The notes under the pieces are model-generated. The model had not been told where the DNA came from. It made no database searches and was given only the letters and a program-made list of their open reading frames with translations. DNA of 63,954 nucleotides, counting the filler, from Octopus bimaculoides (lineage: Eukaryota), in NCBI RefSeq assembly GCF_001194135.2. It is 5 parts of 5 records of this genome, joined end to end, with 100 filler letters (N's around TTAATTAATTAA, not from the genome) between each part and the next. Parts side by side here need not be neighbours in the genome. Positions count along the whole stretch, not along the records: positions 28,141 to 59,448 come from NC_068996.1; 4 more parts are not named here. One strand, written 5' to 3'. Positions 34,221-49,334 of the stretch are shown here, piece after piece; within the stretch, counting starts at the first letter, position 1; each line of letters begins with the position of its first letter. Position numbers and translations under genes: made by a program.

Positions 34221-37200
34221 CTGTGTTAAATGGAGAAGCAGTGACAAGTGAAAATTCTGTAAATAACATTTATAATAAGCTGTAAGCTTATAATAATTAT
34301 TATTCGTTACAGAATATATAAATATGTTTATAAGAAATGGGTCCAAAGAGAATTTGCCAGAAGAGTTTTGGTATGAAAGTAATTTTAGTTAATGTCTAAC
34401 AACACATCTCACTAAAAGCAGTTTCATCCACAAAATACCTCAAAAACGGCCTATTAAATATTTTGCACAAGTGATAGTTACAGATAAGGGATAATGTAAA
34501 ATTGAAAATTATGAGATGTGGTTAAACTCTTGAAAATTAGCACATAATTTGAATAGATTCTGTAAAACAATGCACAGTTAACTTTTCCTTGTACAAAAAG
34601 CATTTTGAAGTTGTGACTATCTATTGAATGAAAACAAATAATTTTTACTGCACCAAAAGAAGCTAAATGGAACTTGTTCAAAATTGTGATCCTTCATTCT
34701 TTCAAAGGGTTATAACACCCTACCCCATCTCTGCCAAATATTTTTAGAGCAAAATTAAATGTATGTTGTTCTGTATGATAAATGTAATGCTTAACCATTT
34801 TGGAACCTTATATACAACATAATAATACTCCTACATATTTTAGGGTTTTCTTTTGCATCTTTGAATCTAGAATTTTTAAGAGGTTTAGGAAAACAACTTT
34901 TTATTTATTATTAGTGTTATTTACACTTATAAAATAATAATGCTATAAGAAGAAAGAGTTGTCTTAAAGAAATCCCATCCTTTTCTTTGTCAACTGGGGT
35001 TCATATATTTTAAAAACTTTAAAACATTTTAAAACAAACCTCATATAAAAATTGTGTTTATCACTAAGCTTCAATCAGTTCATGTTTTGAATACAACCTT
35101 AAAAAAATATTCTCACATAATGAAACTTTTTAACATAAAAAAAAAAACCCAACCCCAAAAAACAAAAAGCAACAACTTACAGATTGTTTTTGTAGTTGTG
35201 ATCTCAACTGCACAATTTCTTTTTCCAGGACTTGAATAGCTTCTTCATAACCTTGTTCCAGACTTCGAGCTGCCTTTTGAGCTTCTTCAGCAAGATGAAC
35301 CTTACTTCGCAGAGAACGGGTTTCGTGAATAGCTCCTTGTGCCTCCTGAATTAAAAATTGAATAGATAGTTCACTGAAAATTATTACCTTTTAGATTTTA
35401 ACCACCTTTAGAGGGGGGACTTGCAATTTCAGGTGATTAAAACTTTTCAATTCACTATACTGAGATGATAATACAATTCATTAAATGGAAGAAGAGGAAT
35501 AAATGCATCAAAGAGTTTTAAATGAAAGATATCAAAAATGGTGAGATACAAAACACATGACAATCAGTTCTTTTTTTCTTTTATTTATTTCATTTGACTG
35601 CGACCATGCTGGAGCACTGCTTTATTTCTTAGGCCTAGTAATTATTCAATTGGTCTTTTTTGCCAAACTGCTAGGTCTCAGGGGCATAAACACATCAAAC
35701 ACCAGTTGTCGAACGGTGATGGGACACACACACACAAAGACATGCATACACACATTATATATATATATATATAATGTGTGTGTGTGTATATATATATATA
35801 TATGCACATACACACATGACATACTTCTTTCAGTCTCCATTTACCAAATCCACTGACAAGGTTTTGGTTGAGCTGAGGCTAAAGTAGAAGACACACACCC
35901 AAAGTGCCATGCAGTGGGACTAAACCTGGAACCATGTGGTTGGGAAGCCATCTTGTCTCCTCTATTATTTATTTCTTACAGAAACTTCCCAGAATCACTA
36001 GCAACATTCAATGGAGTAAAGGCACGTGGCCAAATGGTTAGGGTATTTGGCTCACAATCAGAAGGTCATGAGTTTGAGACACAGCAATGTGTTGTGTCCT
36101 TGAGCAAGACACTTTATTCCACGTTGCTCCAAAATTGAGTTGTACCTGTATTTCAAAGGGCTGGCCTTGTCACATTCTGTATCATGCTAAATCTCTCAGA
36201 GACCCTATGTTAAAGGCATGCCTGTCTGTGGAGTGCTCAGACACTTGCATGTTAATTTCACAAACAGTCTGTTCCATTGATCAAAATCAACTGGAACCCT
36301 CGTTGCCATAAGCAACAGACTGACATCAATACTCACTGATAATAATACAATGACACCACTCAAATGCATAATAGCAATGATATAGTTCAATAATAATAAC
36401 ACCAAGCTCACAATCATGAGGTAGTGAGTTCAATTCTTGGACAAAGAAAATAGACTAAGAAAATTCCCTTCTGATTGTCATAGAATGCACTTTATTTCAC
36501 GTTGCTCCAGTTCACTCACCTGTAGAAATGAGCTGCCACGTCACTGATGCCAAGCTGTATCGGCTCCTTTGCCTTTCCCTTGGATAACAACGGTGGCATG
36601 GAGAGGGGAGGCTGGTATGCATAGGTGACTGCTGGTCTTCCAGAAACATCCTTACCTGGACTTGTGCCATGGAGAGGAACTTTCTAGGTGTAATCTTACA
36701 GTCATTCATGACCGAAGGGAGTCATTACCCATTTATGTGTGTGTGTGTGTGTGTGTGTGTTCTTTCAGTTTCTGCTTATAGCATCCATTAAGAAAGCATT
36801 AGTTGGCTCTGGGCTATAGCTGGAGACAAGGTGTCACATAATGGGATTGAATCCACAACCATGTGGTTGAGGAATGAACTTCTTCAGTAGTTTCAGTCTT
36901 CGAATTGGAACAATAATGGAAAACTAGCTTTAGGTATTTTAGTTCATTATATTAATTCATTATATTGACTCTAGTACTTAGTCTGGTACTCGTTTAATTA
37001 ATCACTATCGAATAGCTTACGGGTCTTCTCACAAAGGGACATAACTCGATGCAACCCAATTTCTGAAATATTCCACTGTAGGTTTGTTTGATGCACAGGT
37101 TACACCAACAACACTAACACACACACATGGGAGTTTGATCTGTCCTAAACATAAAAAGGATTTCCTCAGTTTTTGTTTTTATTATTTTTGGTGGTACTCA

Positions 37201-40200
37201 TAAACATTACATCATTGTTGTTTCTATGTCTGGTTTACATACTGGCATGGGATGGCTGGTCTGAGGGACCACATCTCACATATAAGCTTCATTTTTGGTT
37301 TGGTTTCTATGGTTGTGAGTACACACACACACACACGAGCATGCAATGAAGTTTCCCACGGCACTATCAAACAAATTTCCCTGCCACAGTTATTGTTCAA
37401 GGTGAAGATTGAATTTGAAACCACATGGTTGCTACATGCCTGTCCATGCTTCTATGAAAAGTGTTTAAACTATATTTACCCTTCTAATTCGAAGTAATTC
37501 TTCCTCAGCTGTATTGCAACTGTCTTCTTTTTCTCGGATTTTTGCCTGAATAATAATAATAATAATAATAATTAGGTAAATTGCAAAAGTTGGCATTACT
37601 TGGAACTGCACACATATTGTCTAAAGTACTATCAGTTTGAGATCCTTGTTGTTACTTGACAAACAGTACAAATCTCCGATAGACACAATACCTTCAATCA
37701 AGAACCTCACAATATAGTATAATGTGCAACGTGTATAATAATAATAATAATAATATAAAAAATATTTTTGGAAAAATCCATTATAAGAAACATAATGCAT
37801 TATCTCACTATCATTATTTTATAGCCTAGGGAAAAACGTTTGAAATATCTACAAAGGTTTTGGGTATATATACTATGTGCAAAGTCCAGTGTTTTTGAGT
37901 ATGTTGCTATAACTAACACGTAGCTTGTATCTCTGGAAAATATTACATTTCCAGTAGAAAATTATATACAAACACTTTTGACAGATAACTTTATAAATTC
38001 AACCTGATGGAAAGCCAGCATTGACACTGTGAAGGATTATGATAAATGCTTAAATGGCTCATTGGAAGTAGATGATAATTTCTGTTATTTAGATTAGGGG
38101 CTCTCAAACAGGGTCCATATAAGATTTTGTTGTTAAAATTTATTCATTTCTTGCGTTTGTTTCAGTTACTTGACTGCAGCCATGCTGGAGCACCACCATT
38201 AAGGGTTTTTATTTTAGGCTTAGAGATTGACCTCAGTACTCATTCTTTGTAAGACTAGTAGTTATTCTATTGGTGTCTTTTGCCAAAGTGCTAAGTTACG
38301 GGGATGTAAATGCACCAACATTGGTTGTCAAGTGATTGCTGGGGGGACAAACACAGACACAAAGACACACACATATAATTATACACAAAGGTCTTCTTTC
38401 AGTTTCTCTCTCTCAAATCCATCTACAAGGCTTTGGTTAACCTGAGGTTACAGCAGAAGACTATGCCAAGGGTCCACGCATTGGGACTGAACCTGGAACC
38501 ATGTGGTTGGGAAGCAAGATTCTTACTACACAGCCTCGCCTGTGCTTATTTGCAATAAATTGCTTCTACTTCTACAATACAAAAAAATATTTTAATATTT
38601 TTTTTTAATACAACTGCAAATTATATTTAATTATAAAAATTTTTCTTAGGGACTTTTCTTAAACATCGAATGGGTAAGAGGGTCCAGTAGAGTAAAAATA
38701 GGGATCAAAGGGATCCATAGGTAAAAATGGTTGAGAACCATTGATTTAGATAATGGTAGAAGTGACAGAGGAATAATTAATGTTAGAAGAGTAAGAATGG
38801 AGAAGAATCAACAAAAGATTTCTGTTTTTGTGTTAAGTATCAGTAAGAAAATACAAGAAAGAAAAAAAAAAAAAACTTACACGCAGTTTTTCAACCTCAA
38901 CCTGCAGGATATCTTTTTCTAATTGGATCTGGGCAACCTCTTCCAAAGACAACATTGTCGAATCAGGTAAAACTTCTACCTGAAAATTAGAATTTTATGC
39001 ATTATATAAATATTGTTTGGTATTGTATTTATAAACTGTTGGTGGAATTAAATTTCTTGATTTTTGATCATAACTGTTATTCTTTATTCTTTGTCTTGTA
39101 AGAAAATATCTTTAGTATTGGTACCATGATATCTCCCCCCCATTCAGATATTGATCAACAACCAATGCCAGTGTCACATAAAAGCACTTGTGCTGGCACC
39201 ATGTTAAGAGCATTGGTGCCAGTATCACATAAAATGAAGCTGTGCTGGTGCTATGTAAAAATGCATCCAGTACACTATGTCAAATGGTTGACATAAGGAA
39301 GGGCATCCAGTCATAGAAACCATGCCAGTAAGGAAAATGGACATTAAATGATGATGATGATGAATAGGAAGACTATCCATTGATCAAATCCAAATAGATT
39401 AATCATGTTGTACAAATCATTGATAATCAAGTGAACTGTAAATTGGAGATATTCTCTGTCAGCATAATAGGAAGTGTAATACAGCTAATCCAAGAAAATA
39501 AAAGAATATTTGTAATATTTTCTTATTTACTTAAACTTAATAAAAACGACTTACCTCATGTGGAAATGTTTCTACTCTCAATTCTCGATTTGTAGATCGG
39601 AGAAAGTCTTTTTCAACTCCTTTTGAACTGGCTTGACACACCTCGCTAGCAACTTTAATGATTTCTAATTACAATGATGAATAAAAAAAAAAAGGAATGT
39701 GTAAGCTAATTTACTCATTTGGTAATTGTGTTGTCTTAAGAGAAAATTGTCATATTAAATTGTAACAGACATCTTGCATTCTGACATGGCCATTTTGAAT
39801 AGTAAAAGTGAAACAAATGTGTAGTGACGTCATTTTGAGGGTCTTCAGCATGCATGTGCAGGGTTGGAATCTTCTGGAAGGCCTGCCGAAAGGTCCCTGA
39901 TGCGCATGCACAGAAAACTAGTAGCAGCAGAATTCTCTTGTATCTCAGACTCGAGACACAGCCCCTGAACTAGGCGGATGTGTTCTCAGCAGCTCTCTGT
40001 TCGCTTCTGCTGCTGACCATTATTTGACCAGTGTGAAGAATGCCTTCACAAGGTATGATTGACTCCAACTTTGCTGCTTCCACACAGGACCTGGCTACTG
40101 ATTGTCCCGAGGTGGACATTTTGGTACATACAGAATAAAAGGATTGTCTTTATGTTCGGATGTTTTCTTGTTCTGCTAATTTTCCTCAAACATTTATGTA

Positions 40201-40763
40201 AGGAATTGTGTGGCACCCTTCCAGTGCCAACCAATATTTATCATCTTACAAATGGTTACTCTTTCTCTTCTCTCACATACACACAGAATAGTAAGATGAT
40301 GATGGACACATGATCATGTACAGACCTACATAGACAAGAGAGCTGGTATAAGGGCAGATAATTCTGAATAGCAGTGAAACAAAATTTACTTCATTTCTTA
40401 ACCCTTTCATTGCTTGAAACACAAATTAACATAAAATTTTGAATGGAGTTTCTAATTTAGACCACTTTAAAACATGAAGTTTGTATTATAGATGTAGGGT
40501 GGTCTCAGATGGATTGGTGTCAAAAGCATTAAGCATTAAGGTTTTTCAAGAGATATATTTCACAAGAATTATACATGCATAACTTGCTTCCCTGCCACAT
40601 GGTTCTAGGTTCAGTCCTACTGTGTGACACCTTGGACAAGTGTCTTCTATTATAACCTCAGACCAACCAACACCTTGCGAGTGGATTTGGTAGATGGAAA
40701 CTGAAAGAAGCCCATCACACACACACATCTGATATCACACACACACACACACACACCTGATAT

Positions 40764-40796
<33 letters not shown>

Positions 40797-41685
40797 TTGT
40801 GGCATTCTATCAGTTATGATGACGAGGGTTCGAGTTGATCCGATCAACGGAACAGCCTGCTCGTGAAATTAACGTGCAAGTGGCTGAGTACTCCAGACAC
40901 GTGTACCCTTAACAGGTACAAGAGAAACAGGAAGAAAGAGCGAGAGAAAGTTGTGGTGAAAGAGTACAGTAGGGTTCACCACCACCCTCTGCTGGAGCCT
41001 CGTGGAGCTTTAGGTGTTTTCACTCAATTAACACTCACAACGCCCGGTCTGGGAATCAAAACTGTGATCCTATGACCGCGAGTCCGCTGCCCTAACCACT
41101 GGGTCATTGCAACTCCACGTATATATATATATATACGTGTATATGTTTGTGTTTGTCCCCCCCTCCCATTACTGCTTGACAACCAGTTTTGGTGTGTTTA
41201 TGCCCTCCGTAACTTACTAGTAGGTTTAAAAAAAAAGTCCTGGGGTTGATTTGTTCGGCTAAAACTCTTCAAGGCAGTACTCCAGCATGGCCGAAGTCAA
41301 CAAGTAAAAGAAAAAACAGAAAAATACTACCAGTATGACCACAGACAAATATCTGAAACTAGTAAAAAAAAAAATAATAACAATTTGATTGAAAATTAAC
41401 TTATAGCATGTGTGGATTTAGTCAAATATACTTCATTATCAACACTGACAGGTAGGAATAACAGATTTTAAAACAAAAATGTAAAAAGTTCCTCACTTTC
41501 CACAGACTGTGGTAAGATTTACAAAATGAAATAAAATCAAAATTGAGTTACTGACACAGCTCATTAACCGTTACTAGAATAGCTTTTCTACTCACTATAT
41601 ATCAATAATNNNNNNNNNNNNNNNNNNNNNNNNNNNNNNNNNNNNNNNNNNNNNNNNNNNNNNNNNNNNNNNNNNNNNNNNNNNN

Positions 41686-41718
<33 letters not shown>

Positions 41719-44047
41719 TGTTGTACTTGGGGATGGTCATATTGCCAGTTTAGCCAATAAAAACACACGCACTGTATATTTGGTGTTAATTTGCTTCAGC
41801 TTTATATTACATTAATCTTAATCTTATTTCGGCCAGAGTTCTTTCGTCACACTTCTGTGACCTCATCAGTGGTCCTTTGTTTCCTTCATTCTTATGTGTG
41901 TCTCACCTTGCTAAATATCAGCCATTTTGTCACAATTTCACATCAAAAATCTTGCAAAACAAATATGTATATATATATATTTATTTATAAAAGATAATCA
42001 GAACTTAGAGGGAATCTTCAATCCTTTAGTGTTCAGATTATTCTGTCAAATGCTATTGCATATTCATTCACATTGTTTTGAATTAATCAGGCATTATCTT
42101 ATAGCTTTGTGATGTCAATGATGTGATTGTTTATGATTTGAATGACATTGTCAGGTAGGTGTGAGAGGTCAAATCTAACTAGTTTGAACATAAATTAGAT
42201 GGAACATTTTGGGGCTGGATATAGCTGGTTTGAAATGCTAAAGGGTTAAAATGAACCCTTTAGCATTCAAATTATTCTGACAAATGTAATTCTCATTTAT
42301 TCAAGTTATTTTCAATTAATCAGGCATTATCTCATAGCTTTGAGATTTCAATGATGTGATTGCTTATTATTTTTCTTAAAATGGCATTGTCAGATAGGTG
42401 TAAGAAGTCAGATCCGACTGGTTTGAGCATAAAACAAGGCAGAATATTTGGGGCCTGATATGGCCATTTTAAACACTAAATGGTTAAATTAAAGGAAATA
42501 AGTAAACAGTTGCAAAATTAGATCCAATTCTAAAGAAGATACCATTCTTGAACACATTTTAAAAAGTATTTTCTTCCAATGAAAATTTAATTTTCATTTT
42601 GTTTCTATTAGTGAATACTAACATCCAGGGTTACAATTCAAAGCTGTCTTCTGTGTCTACCCTTTCTGGAGTGCAGAGTGGACTACAATGCACCCTGCTT
42701 CTTGGGGAATCTATCTAATCTTGTGTAACCTCTAGTCAGATTCCACTCCACTGACTCACTCATCTTTCCTCTATATTGTCATTCACTTCAATTCTTTCAC
42801 TACTATCTCCAGTTCTTCTGGATGTCATTCCTCTGACAGTTCCTCCTTAGCCATGTTCTTGCTTGCAGACATCAATTTCAAGAAGAATATAAACCATATC
42901 AATCTCACCAGTATCAAAGACACTCTCCAAAGGCTGTGGAAGCAGTCCTCTTTCTTCAGATTAAACCCTAAACTAACACTCATAAAAACCCACAGCATAC
43001 AAACAAACAAACAACAATAATCCTTTCTACTAAAGCACAAGGCATGAAACTTTGTGGGAGGAGATTGGTTGATTACATTAACCCCAGTGTTTCACTGGTA
43101 CTTAATTTATTGACCCCGAAAGGATGAAAGGCAAAATTGACCTCTGCAGAATTTGAACTCAGAATGTAAAGATGGACGAAATGCTGCTAAGCAGTTTGCT
43201 TGATGTGCTAACGATTCTGTCAGCTCACCACCTTAATAATAACAATAATAATCCTTTCTACTATAGGCACAAATTTGGGGGAGGGGGATAGTCAATTGCA
43301 TCGACCCCAGTATTCAACTGGTGCTTAATTTATCAATCCTGAATGGATAAAAGGCAAAGTTGACCTTGGCTGAAATTGAACTCAGAACGTAGCGATGGGC
43401 GAAATACCACTAAGCATTTCCTCCAGCTTACGATTCAGCCAGTTTACTGCCTTAATAATAATAATAATGATTTTATTTATTTATTTTCTAATTTTTCATT
43501 TATATACAAGAAAAAACCTTACACTTTAAAGGAAAAGGAGAATGGCCCATCATTATAAAGAACCCAATTTTTCTTAGACTATTAATATGAGGCTGAGTCA
43601 AAAAGTGATGCAATTTTTATCTGCCTTACTTTCTGACAAAAGAAGTGAATTGTTTTAACAGAGAAGCAAAAGTGACCTAATACCCTTATTTGTATCACTC
43701 AATCCAGACAACAACACAAAGTACAAAAGCACTAATTTCCTACTTAGGAGATTTCAAACTGTTCTGGTCTGTTAACCATTTATAATGATAAATCTATAAT
43801 ATAGTAGTTTGAGATCAATAAATACTGAAATATTTAAAGCTATAATGACTTTTCCTGAATACACCTTGGCTACTTATGTTGCAGATCAGTGTTAAGACCT
43901 GCTGACAAAACAGGAACATAAGAAAAACTAAATAATATTAACCAGATTAACACAGTTGAAAATGGACGCTGATAAGTGAACCTCTCTGATCAGCTAGAAA
44001 TAGCAGATGAAACTCCCTCGAACCATGTTCTATCATCTTGTAGAAGG

Positions 44048-44116
<69 letters not shown>

Positions 44117-47100
44117 CTGTAAAATGTAGTGCATTGTATACTATTCCTGATAAAAAGAAAAAAAAGGGATAGTCAAGGCTGGAATGTCTGATTATAGGTT
44201 TCCTCAATTAGGTTTCACTTGGACCTAAACAATAATAGTGGAACATGCATAGATGGCACACACACACTATACCAGCCAGTAATGGGTTCTATATGGTCAC
44301 TCAACCTGCTAGAAATAGCAGCCAAACTTGCCTTAAAGACACCCTGTGATCTTGAAAAGACGAAGAAAGCATTGGATATAGTAGTCCTCAATGAACTATA
44401 TCTTTTATTTTTCTTTGTTTCAGTCACTGAACTGCAGCCATGCTGGGGTACCACCTTGAAGGATGTAGTCACACAAAATGACCCCTGAATTTTTTTTTTC
44501 TAAGTCTGGTACTTATTCTGTCAGTCTCTTTTGTAGGTCCACTAAGTTATGGAGATGTAAACAAACCAGCACCAGTTTTCAAACAGTGGGGGACACACAC
44601 ACACACACAGAAGCTTCTTTCATTTTCTGTTTAACAAATCCTCTCACAAGGCTTTGATTGGCTTGGGGCTAAAGAAGACACTTGTCCCCAGACTGACCAA
44701 AATCTGGAATAAAATGGCAAGGTATTATTTCTGGAGTCCCTGTGATTATGGGGTCAGCTCAAACAGGATTTAGCTTAGAGCTAAACTATACCAGCAACAA
44801 CAAGAGCAGTAACAAAACTGTTTACACACACACACACTTTATATATCTTCTATAATTGCCGGCTGGCAAGCCAAGTGAGATCGTTGCCAGTGCCCCTGGA
44901 CTGACTCTTGTGCGGGTGGCACATAAGATGCACCATTTTGAGTGTGACCGTTGCCAGTACTGCCTGACTGGCCTTCGTAGGGTTTTCGAGTGAGATCGTT
45001 GCCAGTGCCCCTGGACTGGCTCTTGTGCGGGTGGCACATAAAAGACATCATTTTGAGCGTGGCCGTTGCCAGTACCGCCTGACTGGCCTTCGTGCGGGTG
45101 ACACATAAAAGCACCCACTACACTCTCTGAGTGGTTGGCGTTAGGAAGGGCATCCAGCTGTAGAAACTCTGCCAAATCAGATTGGAGCCTGGTGTTGCCA
45201 TCTAGTTTCACCAGTCCTCAGTCAAATCGTCCAACCCATGCCAGCATGGAAAGCGGACGTTAAACGATGATGATGATGATGATGATAATTGAATATTATA
45301 CATCAGCTGACTGCTTGGTCCAAAACCAGACTGGTCAAAGATAAATCAAATTTATTGAACCAGGCTTTTAATCATGATTAAATGATTACTTGTTTTTTTT
45401 TTTTTATTTTAGTTCACTCAACATCTTTTTCAATGTTGATGATTTGTAATAATTAAGACTGCAGAAACGAAGAATGTTACTAAATCATTATGTCTTTTAC
45501 TTGTTTCAGTCACTGAACTGTAGCCATGCTGGAGCATTGCCCTGAAGGGTTTTAGTCAAACAGATTGACCCCAGTAGTTTTTTTTTTTAACCTGGTACTT
45601 ATTCTATTGGTCTCTTAAGCTGAACTGCTAAGTTACTGGGATGTAAATAAACTAACACCAGTTGTCAAGTGCTGGTGAGAGACACACACAAGACTCCCAC
45701 ACTGATTGATACATGCATACACACACACACACACAGAGGCTTCCACATAGTTTCTATCCACCAAGTCCATTCAGAACTTTGCTCAGTTTGGAACTATAGA
45801 AGACATTTGCCCAGTGGGACTGAACCTGGGACCATGTGATAGGGGAAACAAACTTCTTACCATGCAGCACCTAAATATTTTTAAATAAAAGATGCAACGA
45901 TAAACAAGTTGTCACAAGAAATCAATTTAGTTTTGATTGATTTTCATTGCTTTAAGGACAAAAAAGAAATGGAAACCAGTAAAATAAGACTGAAATATTA
46001 GTAGTTACCTTCATAAGAAACCATTCCATTTTCATCAACAGCTACACGGTACCTGATGGCATTCAGTTCACTGGGAGTTGGTTGAAAGCCTAATGTCTGC
46101 CACAGCTGATCAAAGTATAAAGAATGAAAAAATGTAATTTATATGAGAGAGAGAAACTAGTAAGAACAAATAGGAAAAGGACTACAAAAATGAAAAATGG
46201 AAGAAAACTCAAAACATGGGAAAGTGAACATCAAAGAATGACAAGAGACTCCTTATTGCTTCTCTTTCTTTTCTTTTTCCTTATTCTTTTAAACAAGAAA
46301 ATGAACATTATTTGAAGAAGCACAGAAAAGGAACTAGAACGAGCGAGTGGATGGTTGTTGTAGAGAAGATGGAATGAATCTACATGCGTCATAGGAAATA
46401 TTATACTGACGTACACAAGGAAGATGTGTAGAATGTTAGAAGCTGGTGGTGGTGGTGGTACAAGTTGTTGTAGTAATAGTAGAAGTTGTAAGCATGGTGA
46501 AGTACTTAAGAAATTTTCTTTGCAAATAGGTGGGGTGTGTGTGCTCTGAAAGGGGTCTCAGGGAGTAGCGTCTCTGCCTCCCTGAGCTAGTTTTCCACCA
46601 CATTTCTTAAAAATCATGGTAGTGGCCTTGGCCTTGTGTCCATTCATGTCTAGAAACAGAGGTTGGGGGGTAAGCAAGAGTATGCTCCCCAGAGAAAATC
46701 CAGCTCCAAAAAAGCCTCATGATAGCAAAGGAGAATGGGCACTAGCCAGCCAGTCCAAAGATTGGGGTGGGTTGCACCAGCCTACCTCGGTTGCTATGGC
46801 ATTGAGGTAGATCCAGCCACCCCTGTTAACGGAGACAAAACCCGGATTTAAAACATTGGATAGTGATGATGATGATGATGATATGATGTTCTGGGTCTCA
46901 TCATGTTGCTCTGCATCTTGGCCAAATGGTTTTTTTTTAATTCTTATTTTCTTATAGTCTTAGGTCAACACAAACCTTGTGTGTTAAACTGGGTAGGTAG
47001 AAATAAAACAGAAGCCTGTTTGCATGGATTTTTGCTTGGAAATCAAACATACATCTTTGTCTTTGCCATATATTGTGCTACAAATGATTATGGCTTGAAA

Positions 47101-49300
47101 ATTACATTAAGAGTATTCAAATACTCAGCTACCCACTGCATGTAGACTAGTGATTCTCAACAGGAATCCATATAAGATTTTTAGGGGGTCCACACAACAA
47201 AATAATAAATTGGGGATTTACAATTCCCCAGAAAAAATTTTGCTTTAGATGTATTGCAAGAAACAGCTAAGTTTCATTCTCTAAGAAGTTTCTATAAAAT
47301 TAGTTTTTAAACATCGAATGGCTATGGGGTGTCACCAGAATAAAATAGTAATCAAAGGAATCCATAGATAAAAAATGGTTGAGAACCCCTGCTTTAGATG
47401 TATTTATTGGTATGTGTTGCAAGAAACAGCTAGGTTTCTTTCTCTAACATTTTACATATTTCAACCTATACAAGTTAATGTGAAAAACAAAATAGGAATT
47501 TTGGAAGAAGTTTCTATAAAACTAATTTTTAAGCATCAAATGGTTATAGGGTCCACCAGAATAAAATAATAATCAAAGGGGTCCAGAGATTAAAAAAAAA
47601 TGGTTGAGAACTCTTGATGTAAACTAAAAAAATAAATAGGAAAAAAAAGAGGTACAAAAGAAGGTGATGGCAGTTCTTCATGTCTGAAGATGATATAGAA
47701 AAATGTCATCTACTTGTGGAGTTGAGACAGCAACTACCAGTACCATCCAGTACCTGTCATTTTTGTCTCCTCTCCATCATTCCTGCAGGGTTAGGGTTCC
47801 TCTCCATTCCTTCCTGCCTGTACTTAACAGTTTTAAAGTGAGAATCAATCTGGACAATCCAATTCCAGTCTTTTAGACTTGGAGATCTGACAACAATGGC
47901 TCAGTGGGCTAAGGCAGCCACAAATAAATGTTCCATCAAGCTGTAGGTTTTACATTGGCATGGCCTTCCAGATGAATTGCCATACAAAGAGGGAATGGAG
48001 AGCTTCACCCATCATGGAATTGCTGGAAGAGTGTCAAAGAGGGCAATGAACCAACTGAGGAACTTCACTTCTTGGTTTACTGTAGAATTTTGTATCTTAC
48101 TACACAAACAATAAAACTAAGAAATTATACTCCAGTTTAAACAAGGTGGTTGTATAAACCATATGTCCCCGTTACAATTGTAAGGTGTATGTAAAGGGGT
48201 TGTGTGTGTGTGTATGTATACACATGAAGGTGTCCTCTTTACAAATATAATAAACACGCATGGACACAAGATCACCTCCTCCAAAGCCCCCCCCCAGTTC
48301 TCAAAGGTTCTTTGTCTTGCAAGTTACTTGGTGACCCTGCTAGTGGTGGTGCCACGTAAAAATCACCCAGTCCACACTGGGAAGTGTTTGGCATTTAGAA
48401 GGGCATCCAGCTGTAAAAACCATATCAAAACTGACCTTGCCTGTGCCTGGTGTCATGTAAATAGCACTGTCCACTTTGCAGGGTGGTTGGCATTAGGGAG
48501 GGCATCCAGCTGTAAAAACCATGCCAAAACAGATACAGAAGTCTGGTGCAGGTTTCTCTCTGGACAGCTCCTGTCAAACCATCCAACCCATGCCAACATG
48601 GAAGGCAGACGTTAAACAATGATGATAATAATGAAGAATGTTACACATAGTAACCTGCATACAACTATAATCTTTATGCATAAGACACTGTCAAGAATTT
48701 GTGTCTGTATACTCACATTCCATTTACAAAGAGTGAAGGGAAAGGGAATTATACTATCAAGGTTGATTCCCTAAGGATTTTCCTTTCCCAAGGCTCTCAC
48801 ACGGCAGCAAAGGTAAAAGGATGGAAATTAGTACGGGACTGCTTATGCCAGATTTAAATGATTTACATGAAAAGCTCAGGATTAAAAGTCATGAGGAGGG
48901 GTAGTAAGAGAAGAAACCAAAGATCAAATGAGGAGTATTTTCAGTGCATACTTACATCTGTCATTTCCTTGAAATTCACATTGTTCTGTGGTGAATGTGG
49001 TAACTGAGAAGATGTTGAAACATTTTCATCCTGACAAAAATTAACCTTAGAATTTCCATATTTATTATTTGGGGCCTCATCAGAGTAATGTATATGTAAA
49101 ATAGATGATTTACCTGAAAAGTGAAAAAAAAAAAAAAAAAAGAAAAAGAAAAATTATATCATAGATGCAGGCATGGCTGTGTGATAAGAAATTTGCTTCC
49201 CAACTACATGGAACCTTGGGCAAGTGTCTTTTACTATAACCTCAAGCCAACAAAAGTCTTGTGAGTGGATCTGATAGAAGGAAACTGAAAGAAGCCTGTA

Positions 49301-49334
<34 letters not shown>

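Noticed and set aside
41060-41118. tRNA-like sequence with A/B boxes
   Set aside because: Head of a tRNA-derived SINE, not a complete cloverleaf tRNA gene.
48717-48770. 54-nt in-frame candidate cassette exon (GINLDSIIPFPFTLCKWN) with a GTGAGT donor
   Set aside because: Phase-compatible but no recognisable STXBP4 similarity and a weak acceptor; needs RNA evidence.
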